A model generated the notes under the pieces. It did not search any database and was not told where the DNA came from. It saw nothing but the letters and a program-made list of their open reading frames with translations. 64,000 nucleotides of DNA from an uncultured Parabacteroides sp. (lineage in GTDB: Bacteria; Bacteroidota; Bacteroidia; Bacteroidales; Tannerellaceae), in the NCBI GenBank assembly GCA_944325335.1, contig CALUZR010000012.1, positions 5,860 to 69,859 on the forward strand. Reading direction: 5' to 3'. Each line of letters opens with the position of its first letter. Position 1 is the first letter of the stretch. Positions 10,068 to 18,949 of this stretch are shown in pieces. A program made the position numbers and the translations under genes.

Positions 10068-10298
10068 CCCACGCGTGTGGGACGCCTTCCAAGTCTCCCG
10101 GAAACCTTCCCGTTCCGTGTGTGATGCTTTCCAAGTCTCCCGGAAGCCTTCTCACACGTGTGTGACATTTTCCAAGTCTCCAGGAAACCTTCCCACACGT
10201 GTGGAATGCTTTCCAAGTCTCCCGGAAGCCTTCCCACGCGTGTGAGAGAGTTTCTAAGTCTACCGGAAACCGCCCCACGCGTGTGGGGGATTTTCCGG
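10068..10298. repeat. Tandem array, about 5.5 units of 41-42 bp, each with a CACGTG/CGCG-core dyad
   Basis: Units look like CCCAC(G/A)CGTGTGG-N-TTTCCAAGTCTCCCGGAA(A/G)CCTTC. Dyad centres lie near 10074, 10116 (degenerate), 10158, 10198, 10239 and 10280. Confidence 0.9.
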
Positions 10299-10335
10299 AT
10301 AGACCTGAGAGACTAATTTTTGGATGTTACGGGTA

Positions 10336-10343
10336 CAAATATA
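10336..10343 (-). promoter_or_regulatory. -7 box upstream of the 41-bp array and the DUF4469-type gene
   Basis: The plus strand reads CAAATATA (minus-strand TATATTTG). I saw no TAnnTTTG between the array and the ATG at 10016. Confidence 0.3.
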
Positions 10344-10394
10344 ATATTTTCATTTCAAAAATGCAAAAAATAGGCGATAATTATTTCCTTCTAC

Positions 10395-12866
10395 TTATTT
10401 TTTATTCATTTGTATCTTTTCCGGCTCACTAAGTGCCTTAAATTCGAACCGGATAGAAGGCGATTTGGCAGAAGAAAACGTACATTCTGCTATGACGTGA
10501 TTTTCACCCTTGCTCCATTGCGCTGTCTCAGGTACGTCGCACTGGGCAAATGGTTTCCAATACTCATCACAGGCAAAAAGATGCTTTCCGTCACAATAGA
10601 GTTTGTTTCCGGCTTTCAGTGTGGCCGGCAGGGTAAACTCCGTACCTCCTATTTGGAGCGTTGGGTTCTGGATGGTCGCATTCGGGTCTTCCCCCGCATC
10701 CACATAAGCATAAAATTGAACCGGTTGCTCCGCATACGGATTTTCGAAGTTGAATTTTCCCTGCAGCGGCTCTCCCGTCTGCACGGAGCGGTATTTAAAT
10801 ACATGATCTTCCTTCAATTTCACTTCATATAAATTCCAGGCACCCGTACCTGCTTTCTCCAGATGAAATTCGCGCTTAGGGTCTTTCATTTTCTCTCGCT
10901 GCGCGGATGTGAGGAGATCATTATTTCGGATGTATTGCCACTCTCGTATCGCCTCGAACAGTTCACTCTTAAATCCGTTCCTCTCGATACTTTCGTCGAC
11001 CCTTAAAAGGTAACCGGCGTCGAACCCGGCACTGCGTGCCTGGATCCATTCGATATCCTCAGGTCTATACGTTTGCTCGAGCTTAAACCAGCCCAACATA
11101 CCCGGCATCAGGTTGCGCTCGAAGTAACGCTGGTTCTCCAGACGGTAATTCACTTGGCTATCGCGAAGATTATCGTACCAAGGTTCCCCCCAATTCATGA
11201 ACGAGTAGATATGCCACCAATAATGGAAGGGCGACGAGCCGCAGGAGATGATTCCTTTATCCTTTAAACCTGCGTACCATTCCTGCAGGAACATAGAAGC
11301 GCCCATGACGCCATGCCCCGAGGGTGAGCCCCCATAATATCCATCGAAATCCATCAGCGCAATGCCGGTTTGGTTACAAACCTCCGCCAGACGCTTCGCA
11401 TAGGTGTATTGCAGCTCCAAGTTCGGAAAGAAACCGCTATAACAATTATTTACTGGTTTGTCAACCTGTTCCCCGGCTTCATGGGAAGCTGGTTTGGTGC
11501 CAAATTGCCCGCGCGTACATCCCACGAGCTTGTAGGGTTTCTCTTTCGTCACCGAACGGTACGCAATCAGTTCGTCGCCTATTCGTGCCGAATGGGTTTC
11601 TCCCAAATAGGTAAAATAGAAGTTATCGTCAATCTCGATTTCCGTGTCAGACGCGCTGATAGACTTCGAGAGCGTCGTACTGCCTGCATAGCAAAGGCTA
11701 TCGCTTGGGATGGGAGACACGTAAGGGTCGTGCGTAGAAGTGAACATCGTCAGGGTATGCACGCCGATCTGTTTTCCACGCGCGCGGGCTTTGTCAGTAA
11801 ACGCCTTAATCTCTTTCGCACCGCCTGGGAATCGTGAAGTGTGCAGGTCGAAGTGGCCCCAGCTCTTGAAGACATCCCCGATGTGAATCAAATCGAAATT
11901 GCAAGAATCTGCATAGTCCAGGGCGTGATCCAAGTCTCCGCTTTCATACAGCATATAGGCCGGGTTCACTTCCCGACGTGTTTTGATCCATTCTCCATCA
12001 ATCATGGGATGAGGCAAGCCTTCCGCCAGTTCGATTTTGCCTATCACATCCAACACCTCGTCTGAAGGCGTAGCAAAGAAGGCAATTGAGGAACCGATGA
12101 AATCCTGGTCGACTGCCGGGATGAATTGCTTGCGGCCATAGAGGTCTACAATTTTATCTTTTCGCCAATCCCGGGCGAAAAACTGGATGTCGCTCCCGTA
12201 TGGGCGGGCTACCGCGGCATTGCCACGTATCTGCCGGATGTATTCGGGGAGATCCCCTTCCCGATTGACATCAATATCCGTCACTTGGTGACCTATCTTG
12301 TCTTTCAGTTCATCTGGCACGCTTTGGCCGGGCAAAGGATTAATGTAAAATCCTCCCGTCGCGTCGTCTCCAAGGTGGGGGACTCCCTCGGTCGTGCTAA
12401 TTTCGAGCGGATGGACCCCAATGGCAAAGAGGGAATCCCTCACGACGCCCACCGTCTCGCCCACATATTGCGAGATGGTCGTAGAATAGGGTCCCCAGGC
12501 TATCGCTTCGATACTGTCGCGATGGCTCAGCGACTCGAGGCATAGGCGGATATATCCATCCTTCACCTCCTGTGTGACGACCGCTTCCGATTGGTTGGGG
12601 AACGTGAGCAGTAGCCGGTTCCCCTCCATTTCCAACCGGATAGGGTTGAGGTACCCCTTGCCATCATAAAGTGCCAACAGAGGCGAAAAATCCCGCTCCG
12701 GGATATAATTCTTTCCTGTACGATGGTCTATAATTTCACAAATAAAGCCTTCTTGGTTCAATTTGATATCCGCATATTGTGTGGAGAGCTCCGCCACATA
12801 GGATGGCGTGCACGACACGAGCCAGAGACCCATGCAAAGGCATCCTAAAAGGTTGTTTGTTTTCAT
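10395..12866 (-). CDS. Uncharacterised large lipoprotein, putative glycoside hydrolase (paralog family)
   Basis: 823-aa ORF with lipobox LVSC. Shares conserved blocks with 6341..8746: GLPHP.(F/I)(E/D)GEW, GVHTLT, FDG(L/Y), NWGEPW, FERNL(F/M)P.MLGWF. Confidence 0.85.
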   Translation of the reverse strand: MKTNNLLGCLCMGLWLVSCTPSYVAELSTQYADIKLNQEGFICEIIDHRTGKNYIPERDFSPLLALYDGKGYLNPIRLEMEGNRLLLTFPNQSEAVVTQEVKDGYIRLCLESLSHRDSIEAIAWGPYSTTISQYVGETVGVVRDSLFAIGVHPLEISTTEGVPHLGDDATGGFYINPLPGQSVPDELKDKIGHQVTDIDVNREGDLPEYIRQIRGNAAVARPYGSDIQFFARDWRKDKIVDLYGRKQFIPAVDQDFIGSSIAFFATPSDEVLDVIGKIELAEGLPHPMIDGEWIKTRREVNPAYMLYESGDLDHALDYADSCNFDLIHIGDVFKSWGHFDLHTSRFPGGAKEIKAFTDKARARGKQIGVHTLTMFTSTHDPYVSPIPSDSLCYAGSTTLSKSISASDTEIEIDDNFYFTYLGETHSARIGDELIAYRSVTKEKPYKLVGCTRGQFGTKPASHEAGEQVDKPVNNCYSGFFPNLELQYTYAKRLAEVCNQTGIALMDFDGYYGGSPSGHGVMGASMFLQEWYAGLKDKGIISCGSSPFHYWWHIYSFMNWGEPWYDNLRDSQVNYRLENQRYFERNLMPGMLGWFKLEQTYRPEDIEWIQARSAGFDAGYLLRVDESIERNGFKSELFEAIREWQYIRNNDLLTSAQREKMKDPKREFHLEKAGTGAWNLYEVKLKEDHVFKYRSVQTGEPLQGKFNFENPYAEQPVQFYAYVDAGEDPNATIQNPTLQIGGTEFTLPATLKAGNKLYCDGKHLFACDEYWKPFAQCDVPETAQWSKGENHVIAECTFSSAKSPSIRFEFKALSEPEKIQMNKK

Positions 12867-12954
12867 TTGAACTATTTTTTTATTATTTGATTAAGTCGTT
12901 ATTGAGAGGGCGGAGTTCCCCTGTCTGCTGGAAGAACTCCGCTTGCCTATTTGA

Positions 12955-14679
12955 TTATTCCAGGGCCGGATTGAAGGAGCCGCCCCAATCCACATTCTGT
13001 TCCAAGTTTGCATTTTGCTCTATCGAGCTCTGTTTGATAGGGAAGAAGTAATATGTATCAGGTACATGCATCTCCGTTTCGCCAGTCGTATAAACTTCTT
13101 GCACTGTATAGGTGAAATCTTCGGGTAAAAGTTCATACCGATTGGCTGCCTCTTGCACGTCAGACGTAATTTCTCCCTTGTATTCTCCCAAAATACCATA
13201 TTTATGCATTCCATCCAACACATAGAGCATCCGATTGCGTCGGAGATCCCAAAAACGTTGCCCTTCGAAGGCAAACTCGATACGCTTCTCATCTAAAAGA
13301 GCCTGGCGCATCTCGTCGGGAGTCAGGCCAGCTTCCAGGCCGTACATGTTGTCCTCGCCCGGTTCGATTCCTGCTCTCTGGCGGATTTGCTTTAGTACAT
13401 CGTAACCAATTTCCGTGTTCCCTTTCGCACAGGCAATCTCGGCGTAATTAAACATCACTTCCGCAAAGCGAATCTCCAGCCAATCGTAGCTATTGTTGGT
13501 TACTTCGGCTCTTGGATTGCTTTCCATGATGCCTTTGCGAGGGAAGAACCCGGTACGATTGTATGTCGTGGTGATATAGAACTCATCATCCACACGGGCA
13601 ATGTTATGCACGGTGTATTGACGACGTCCGGCAATGGCACTCAGTTCGAAAACGGCGCCGTTCCACACTTGGGATGCCTCGAAACGCGGGTCACGGTTCA
13701 TCCAATAGGTTTGGAGATCGTATGGATACTTCTCCGACTCGCCGATACGCTTTCCGTCCTTCATGGGATAGGCCTCGATGAGGTCCCAGATAGCTTGGTC
13801 TCCCCCGGTATTGTCCTTCGACTCCGAGAGAGGGCGACACATTTGCTCATTACGTCCGTCTTTCTTGTTGTTACCATCATAAACTACCGCGAGAACTGCC
13901 TCTTTGTGGCGTTCGGTCTCAAATACATCCGTGTAATTGTCCACCAAGCCGTAGCCGCGGGATAAAAGCGTCTCATAAGCCAGTTTATTCACTTCGAAAG
14001 CCTCGTCTACATACTGGTTGTCGTATCCGCTCTTCGGATTGAACTGTGGACTTGCCTTATAAAGGAGCACTTTGGCTTTTAGAGCCAATGCGGCCGAGCC
14101 GTCAATCCTCCCATAGTCTGTCCCACTATATTTTTCCGGAAGGGAAGCTATCGCATTGTCCAAATCTTGGATGATGAGGTCAAAACATTCCGCCGACGTG
14201 TTGCGGTGGACATATAAATCATCCACACCTTCTTCCTGCACGTTTGTGATATAAGGTATTCCTCCATGATAAATCAATGCTTTGAAATAGTGATAGGCAC
14301 GTAGGAAGAGTGCTTCTCCCCGCATTTCATTTTTAACTTCTTCTGTCAGGTCACCAGTTTCCAAGCCTTCCAGCATGACATTGATTTTGTAAATGGTCTC
14401 GTAAGGCCAATATTTGCAATTATCATTATTCGGTTGGACATAGTCGGATATTAAAATTCCACTTGTCTCATCGGCATATAAACCTCCGCAATTAATAGGC
14501 CAACCCGAGAAAGTTGAAGCGTAAATGTTCGTCAGGTAAGCTTCCGAAAGACTTTCGTCATTCCAAACGTCATCCGGACTATAATTGCTCATATCTTTAA
14601 TATCCAATACGTCCGAACAAGCTGTTATGCCACACAAAGCTGTAGCGAAACAAATATATTTAAACCAGTTTCTTTTCAT
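12955..14679 (-). CDS. susD: SusD/RagB-family nutrient-binding outer-membrane lipoprotein
   Basis: 574-aa ORF with lipobox GITAC. Lies immediately downstream of SusC. Typical SusD C-terminal blocks (R.E...EG.R..DL.R). Confidence 0.9.
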   Translation of the reverse strand: MKRNWFKYICFATALCGITACSDVLDIKDMSNYSPDDVWNDESLSEAYLTNIYASTFSGWPINCGGLYADETSGILISDYVQPNNDNCKYWPYETIYKINVMLEGLETGDLTEEVKNEMRGEALFLRAYHYFKALIYHGGIPYITNVQEEGVDDLYVHRNTSAECFDLIIQDLDNAIASLPEKYSGTDYGRIDGSAALALKAKVLLYKASPQFNPKSGYDNQYVDEAFEVNKLAYETLLSRGYGLVDNYTDVFETERHKEAVLAVVYDGNNKKDGRNEQMCRPLSESKDNTGGDQAIWDLIEAYPMKDGKRIGESEKYPYDLQTYWMNRDPRFEASQVWNGAVFELSAIAGRRQYTVHNIARVDDEFYITTTYNRTGFFPRKGIMESNPRAEVTNNSYDWLEIRFAEVMFNYAEIACAKGNTEIGYDVLKQIRQRAGIEPGEDNMYGLEAGLTPDEMRQALLDEKRIEFAFEGQRFWDLRRNRMLYVLDGMHKYGILGEYKGEITSDVQEAANRYELLPEDFTYTVQEVYTTGETEMHVPDTYYFFPIKQSSIEQNANLEQNVDWGGSFNPALE

Positions 14680-14690
14680 GTTACACTTTA

Positions 14691-17600
14691 TTAGAAGTTA
14701 ATATTCAAACCAACTGTAAAAGTACGCATGATTGGGTACGAATCCAACTTATCTTGTTCTGGATCCATCTCATCCATGCCGTCGATGCTAAAGAGATTCG
14801 TTCCATTTCCAAATACTTGCACCGAATTGACGCCCCAAGCCGAGTACCATTGCTTTGGCAACGTGTACGCGATGTTTAGATTCTTAAGTCGTAGATAGGC
14901 ACCATTGCGAATCCAGAAAGTAGAACCTGCGGCTCCATAATCAGCCGACCATTCGCCTGTGGCAGCCGGATATTTAGCATCTGGATTCTCGGGTGTCCAT
15001 ACGTCGCCTGTCCATAATTCAAAGTAGGGCCTGTCTTCCACTTGGAATACGCCGTCTCCATTATTTGTCTTAATCATCCGGTCGTATCCGCCCACTCCTT
15101 GGAAGAGGGCTTCGATGCTTAAGCCTTTCCATTCCACACTAAAGCCAAAACCATAGTTGATACGCGGATCGGCACGGCGTGATAGATAATCCCAGTCGTT
15201 CGCATCGACTTTTCCATCCGGTCCTTCTGATTCATTTTCCCCGCGGATATCTTTATAGAGCAATTGTCCTAACCGAGGTTCTTTCCCGAATTGCGTAAAA
15301 CCTTCGGGAAGTGCATCCAATTGTTCTTGCGTACGGATAATGCCTTCACAAATATAACCAGTCAAGTACCCATTGGGATGTCCTATACGACTTTTCCAGG
15401 CAGGAAGGTCCGTTGCTTCATCATATTTCACCCATTTATCCTTTACATAGCCTAAATTGGCATTGACAGAATAGTTGACTTCTCCGATATGGTTGCTATA
15501 TTGAAGCGATAATTCAAAACCATTCCAAGCTTGCTCTGCATAGTTTTCGGCAGCCTTACCTCTTCCATAAGTATCTGGAACCGATGCGACGCGTTGCTGC
15601 AATATGTCCGTTTTACGTTTGTGGAAGTAACTGAAGTCACCTACCAAGGTGTTATTGAAGAAACCAAAATCAAGTCCGGCATCATACAGTTTTAGCGTTG
15701 CCCAAGTCAGATAAGGATTGGGGGTGGAACCGACCGCAATACCGCTAAAATAGGTGTCGCCAAATAAATAACCGGTTGCACCTTGGAATTTATTTCTCCA
15801 TCCGAAGAGTGCTAAGTTCCCACTATCTACACTCATATCAGTATCGTCACCTGTCGTACCATACGAACCGCGTAATTTCAGGTTGCTTAACCAGTCGATT
15901 GATTTCATGAACTCTTCATTTGAAATACGCCATCCAAAAGATACAGAAGGGAAGAATCCCCAGCGATGTCCAGGACCAAATTTGGCATTGCCATCTTCAC
16001 GGAAAGAAAATTCGGCAATATAACGGTCGTCATAATTGTAATTAAAACGGCCTACCCAGGCAAGGCGTGCCATTTCTTCCTCGCTACCACCGAAATATTG
16101 ATGGATTACATCATCCGAAGCAACAAATATTTGGTCAATGGATGAAGTAAGCAAATCTTCAGCCGTTCCGCTTAAATATTTGGACTGAGACTCAGATATT
16201 TCGTAGGCAATCATACCCGAAATGTGGTGTTTACCAAAGGCACGATCATAATTCAACATCCAGTTGAACTGGTAAGATTGGTCCAGCCAAACATTTTCTT
16301 GGATATTTTCATACGCATGACCTAAATTATGCAGGTTGATTTGATTAGGATCTACAGGACCTGGAATAAATATGTTTTCAGTAGAAGCGCTTTGGAAAAT
16401 ATAGCTCCTATTGAATGTCGCAAAGCGTTTCCGGTTTTTATCCGATACATTATATTGACCAATTACGCTTGTACTTAAACCTTTTACGTATTTACTCAGA
16501 TCTAAATCCAAGCGTAAAATAGCTTCTATGTTACGAGCCTTTGTCTTTTCGTAATTATCTCCGAAGACCAATTCGCCAAAGTGAGATCCGCCGGTTACAA
16601 CTGGATAATCGGTCCTTGTATCGGAAGGATTCCCATTTTCGTCTACATACCACGGGCGAAGCTTTGAACCATTGAATGTAGTTCTATAGAAATCAGAAAG
16701 CGTCATACTTTCTGGGTCATAATCATAAGGCCAATAAAAACGTTTATAGTCACGTTCGTTTCCACTGACGTTGAAATTTACTTTAAACGCATCTGTGATT
16801 TTGGCCGTGATATCTGAACGGAAATTGTATCGATTGTAATTTGTGTTCTGGTAAGAACCTTCTTCTCCGTGATAACCTACCATCATATAATAGGTGATGC
16901 GATCGGTTCCTCCATTCACGCTTATGTTATGCTCCGTATTCCAAGGATTTTGCCAAATGATATCGTTCAGATTATATCCCTCCTTATCTCTAAAGTAGTC
17001 ATAATAATTATCGCCATAAGGAACTTGGAAATTGGGGTCAGGAGTAGCTAACATACTGTTTTTATAAGTAGCGACTCTATTTAAAAAAGTCAATTCATCG
17101 GTAGCTGTCCAATCTTGCAAATCGCGTGTTGGGCTGGCGGTTGTAAATGAACCTTTATATTGAAACATAGGTTTCTGGACTGTACCTTTCTTTGTCGTTA
17201 CCAAAACGACGCCGTTACCTGCTTTCGAACCATAAATAGAGGCGCTGGCTGCATCTTTTAAAATATTTATGCTCTCTACTTCATTGGGATCCAATGCATC
17301 GAAAGCTGTTTTGTCTCTAATAATACCATTAATGACGTACAACGGTTCTGCAAAACTACCACGGATACGGATAGATGAAGAAGCACCGGCAAATCCCGAA
17401 CTATTCGTGATTGTCACGCCAGGAGCACGTCCTGCCAAAGAATTAGACAAATTAGATACAGGTATATTTTCTAAATCAGATGTTTTAATAGCTGTAATAG
17501 CCCCCGTCAAATTAACCTTCTTCTGCGTTCCATATCCGACAACCACCACTTCTTCCAATTGCTTCGAGTCTTCCGACAGGGTGATGGCAAGGGTGCTCTC

Positions 17601-18137
17601 TTTCCCTACTCGTTGGGTTTGGGTCAGATAGCCGATGTAGGAGATTTCCAGTACATCGCCTTCGGATACTTCGAGGGAGAAATTACCGTCGAGGTCGGTA
17701 ATGGTGCCGTTTGTAGTGCCTTTTACCATCACGTTTGCTCCGATGATGGGAATGCCGCTTGCGTCGGTAATCGTACCTTTCACCCTTTTAGCCGGACCGG
17801 AAGGCGTGGATGCCCGGACTTCTGCACGGTTGAAGATGACAATGTTCTTTTCGGATTGCAGTTCGAAGTCCAGGCCAAGTGGATGCAAGGCATTGGCCAA
17901 TACTTGTTTGGTCGGGACGTTTCGTTCCGAAATCGTGACGTTCCCTTTTCCTTGCAAGACGATGTCGCGATAGGAAAAGCGGTAGGGAGTTTGCTTCTCG
18001 ATGGAAGAGAATAACTCCGTCAACGGCCGTTGCTTGAGGTCAACGGTGACTTTCTGTTCTTGGGCGAAGGCTGCGCTGGTTAGCCAAAAGCATATTGATG
18101 CAGGCAGGATCGCTCGTTTCATGATACTATTATTCAT
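14691..18137 (-). CDS. susC: SusC-type TonB-dependent receptor with an N-terminal STN signalling domain (trans-envelope signalling type)
   Basis: 1148-aa ORF. An STN-like segment (VTVDLKQRPLTELFSSIEKQT...) precedes the carboxypeptidase-regulatory-like domain (GANVMVKGTTNGTITDLDGNF) and the plug (VVVVGYGTQKK). Ends in an aromatic residue. Confidence 0.92.
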   Translation of the reverse strand: MNNSIMKRAILPASICFWLTSAAFAQEQKVTVDLKQRPLTELFSSIEKQTPYRFSYRDIVLQGKGNVTISERNVPTKQVLANALHPLGLDFELQSEKNIVIFNRAEVRASTPSGPAKRVKGTITDASGIPIIGANVMVKGTTNGTITDLDGNFSLEVSEGDVLEISYIGYLTQTQRVGKESTLAITLSEDSKQLEEVVVVGYGTQKKVNLTGAITAIKTSDLENIPVSNLSNSLAGRAPGVTITNSSGFAGASSSIRIRGSFAEPLYVINGIIRDKTAFDALDPNEVESINILKDAASASIYGSKAGNGVVLVTTKKGTVQKPMFQYKGSFTTASPTRDLQDWTATDELTFLNRVATYKNSMLATPDPNFQVPYGDNYYDYFRDKEGYNLNDIIWQNPWNTEHNISVNGGTDRITYYMMVGYHGEEGSYQNTNYNRYNFRSDITAKITDAFKVNFNVSGNERDYKRFYWPYDYDPESMTLSDFYRTTFNGSKLRPWYVDENGNPSDTRTDYPVVTGGSHFGELVFGDNYEKTKARNIEAILRLDLDLSKYVKGLSTSVIGQYNVSDKNRKRFATFNRSYIFQSASTENIFIPGPVDPNQINLHNLGHAYENIQENVWLDQSYQFNWMLNYDRAFGKHHISGMIAYEISESQSKYLSGTAEDLLTSSIDQIFVASDDVIHQYFGGSEEEMARLAWVGRFNYNYDDRYIAEFSFREDGNAKFGPGHRWGFFPSVSFGWRISNEEFMKSIDWLSNLKLRGSYGTTGDDTDMSVDSGNLALFGWRNKFQGATGYLFGDTYFSGIAVGSTPNPYLTWATLKLYDAGLDFGFFNNTLVGDFSYFHKRKTDILQQRVASVPDTYGRGKAAENYAEQAWNGFELSLQYSNHIGEVNYSVNANLGYVKDKWVKYDEATDLPAWKSRIGHPNGYLTGYICEGIIRTQEQLDALPEGFTQFGKEPRLGQLLYKDIRGENESEGPDGKVDANDWDYLSRRADPRINYGFGFSVEWKGLSIEALFQGVGGYDRMIKTNNGDGVFQVEDRPYFELWTGDVWTPENPDAKYPAATGEWSADYGAAGSTFWIRNGAYLRLKNLNIAYTLPKQWYSAWGVNSVQVFGNGTNLFSIDGMDEMDPEQDKLDSYPIMRTFTVGLNINF

Positions 18138-18256
18138 ACAACAAAGTTAATTTAAAGTTGTGCATCTAAAAACAAATTTCAATAGTAAAGACAAGCCCGG
18201 ATTCTTTTTGTACCTTGATTTCTTCATTTTTTTTCAAAAGATTCTTTCTTTTTTCT

Positions 18257-18264
18257 TACTTTTG
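18257..18264 (+). promoter_or_regulatory. Bacteroidetes-type -7 box (TAnnTTTG) for the ECF sigma gene
   Basis: TACTTTTG, 20 bp upstream of the ATG at 18284. Confidence 0.4.
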
Positions 18265-18283
18265 CCCTCGAGAAAGCAAGTTT

Positions 18284-18886
18284 ATGGGGCAAAACGAGTA
18301 CATAGAGCAACGATATATTCGCGAGTTAAAGGCGGATTCCCGGAAGGCGTTCAATGCGCTTTACCGGATGTATTGTGCCCGTCTGTATGCCTTTGCTTAC
18401 CAATATACGAAATCGAGGGAAGATGCGGAGGAGATCGTGCAAGATACGTTCACGAAGCTTTGGATGTATCGCGCAAGCATACGGCAGGAGGAATCGCTCA
18501 CCCGCTTTTTGTTCCAGATTACGAAGAATCTTCTCATCAATCGTTTTCATTCGGTGGTCAATTCGCCCTTGTTCGAAGAGTTTGTGACGGAATGCCACGA
18601 AGCGGCTTCGACCGAGAAGGAATCCGCCTCCAGCCGGTTGGAGTTCGAAGAGTTCCGGGAAATGTTGCTTTCGGTCATCCGCCAATTGCCCGCCACGCAG
18701 CAGAAGATCGTGCATTGCCGCCTGTTCGACGAATTGACCCCACCCGAGACGGCCCAGAAGCTCCAACTCAGCGAGCAGACCGTCCGCAACCAATTCTCCA
18801 TGGCCTTGAAGCATCTACGCCAGTTTTTGCTGGCCAAGAACTTGGCGTGGCTTTTCTTTTACCTCTTGTCTGTTATAAAAACATAA
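18284..18886 (+). CDS. ECF (sigma-70 family) RNA polymerase sigma factor
   Basis: Start chosen at MGQNEY, 20 bp downstream of a TACTTTTG box. Region 2 (DAEEIVQDTFTKLW) and a region 4 HTH are present. Divergent from the STN-SusC. Confidence 0.9.
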   Translation: MGQNEYIEQRYIRELKADSRKAFNALYRMYCARLYAFAYQYTKSREDAEEIVQDTFTKLWMYRASIRQEESLTRFLFQITKNLLINRFHSVVNSPLFEEFVTECHEAASTEKESASSRLEFEEFREMLLSVIRQLPATQQKIVHCRLFDELTPPETAQKLQLSEQTVRNQFSMALKHLRQFLLAKNLAWLFFYLLSVIKT

Positions 18887-18949
18887 ACTTACGCGGTGTT
18901 TAGGTACATTTTCTCAAATAAACTCTCTATGTATATATAAAGAAGAAAG

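Noticed and set aside
10006-10278. ORFs spanning the tandem arrays (10006..10245 +, 10048..10278 -, 26857..27129 +, 26803..27018 -, 36922..37137 +, 46140..46370 -, 46150..46620 -, 30992..31210 -).
   Set aside because: Their periodic peptide repeats simply mirror the DNA repeats. The unit lengths (41, 23, 22, 21 bp) are mostly not multiples of 3, and the ORFs have no sensible starts or context.
10068-10298. Possibility that any of the tandem arrays is a CRISPR array.
   Set aside because: Units are directly adjacent with no unique spacers, the arrays are short, and no cas genes are present in the window.
10068-10298. CACGTG-core palindromes as ParB parS sites.
   Set aside because: The flanks (CCCACACGTGTGGG-type) do not match the parS consensus TGTTNCACGTGAAACA. 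The array is also 20 kb from parAB, inside a PUL.
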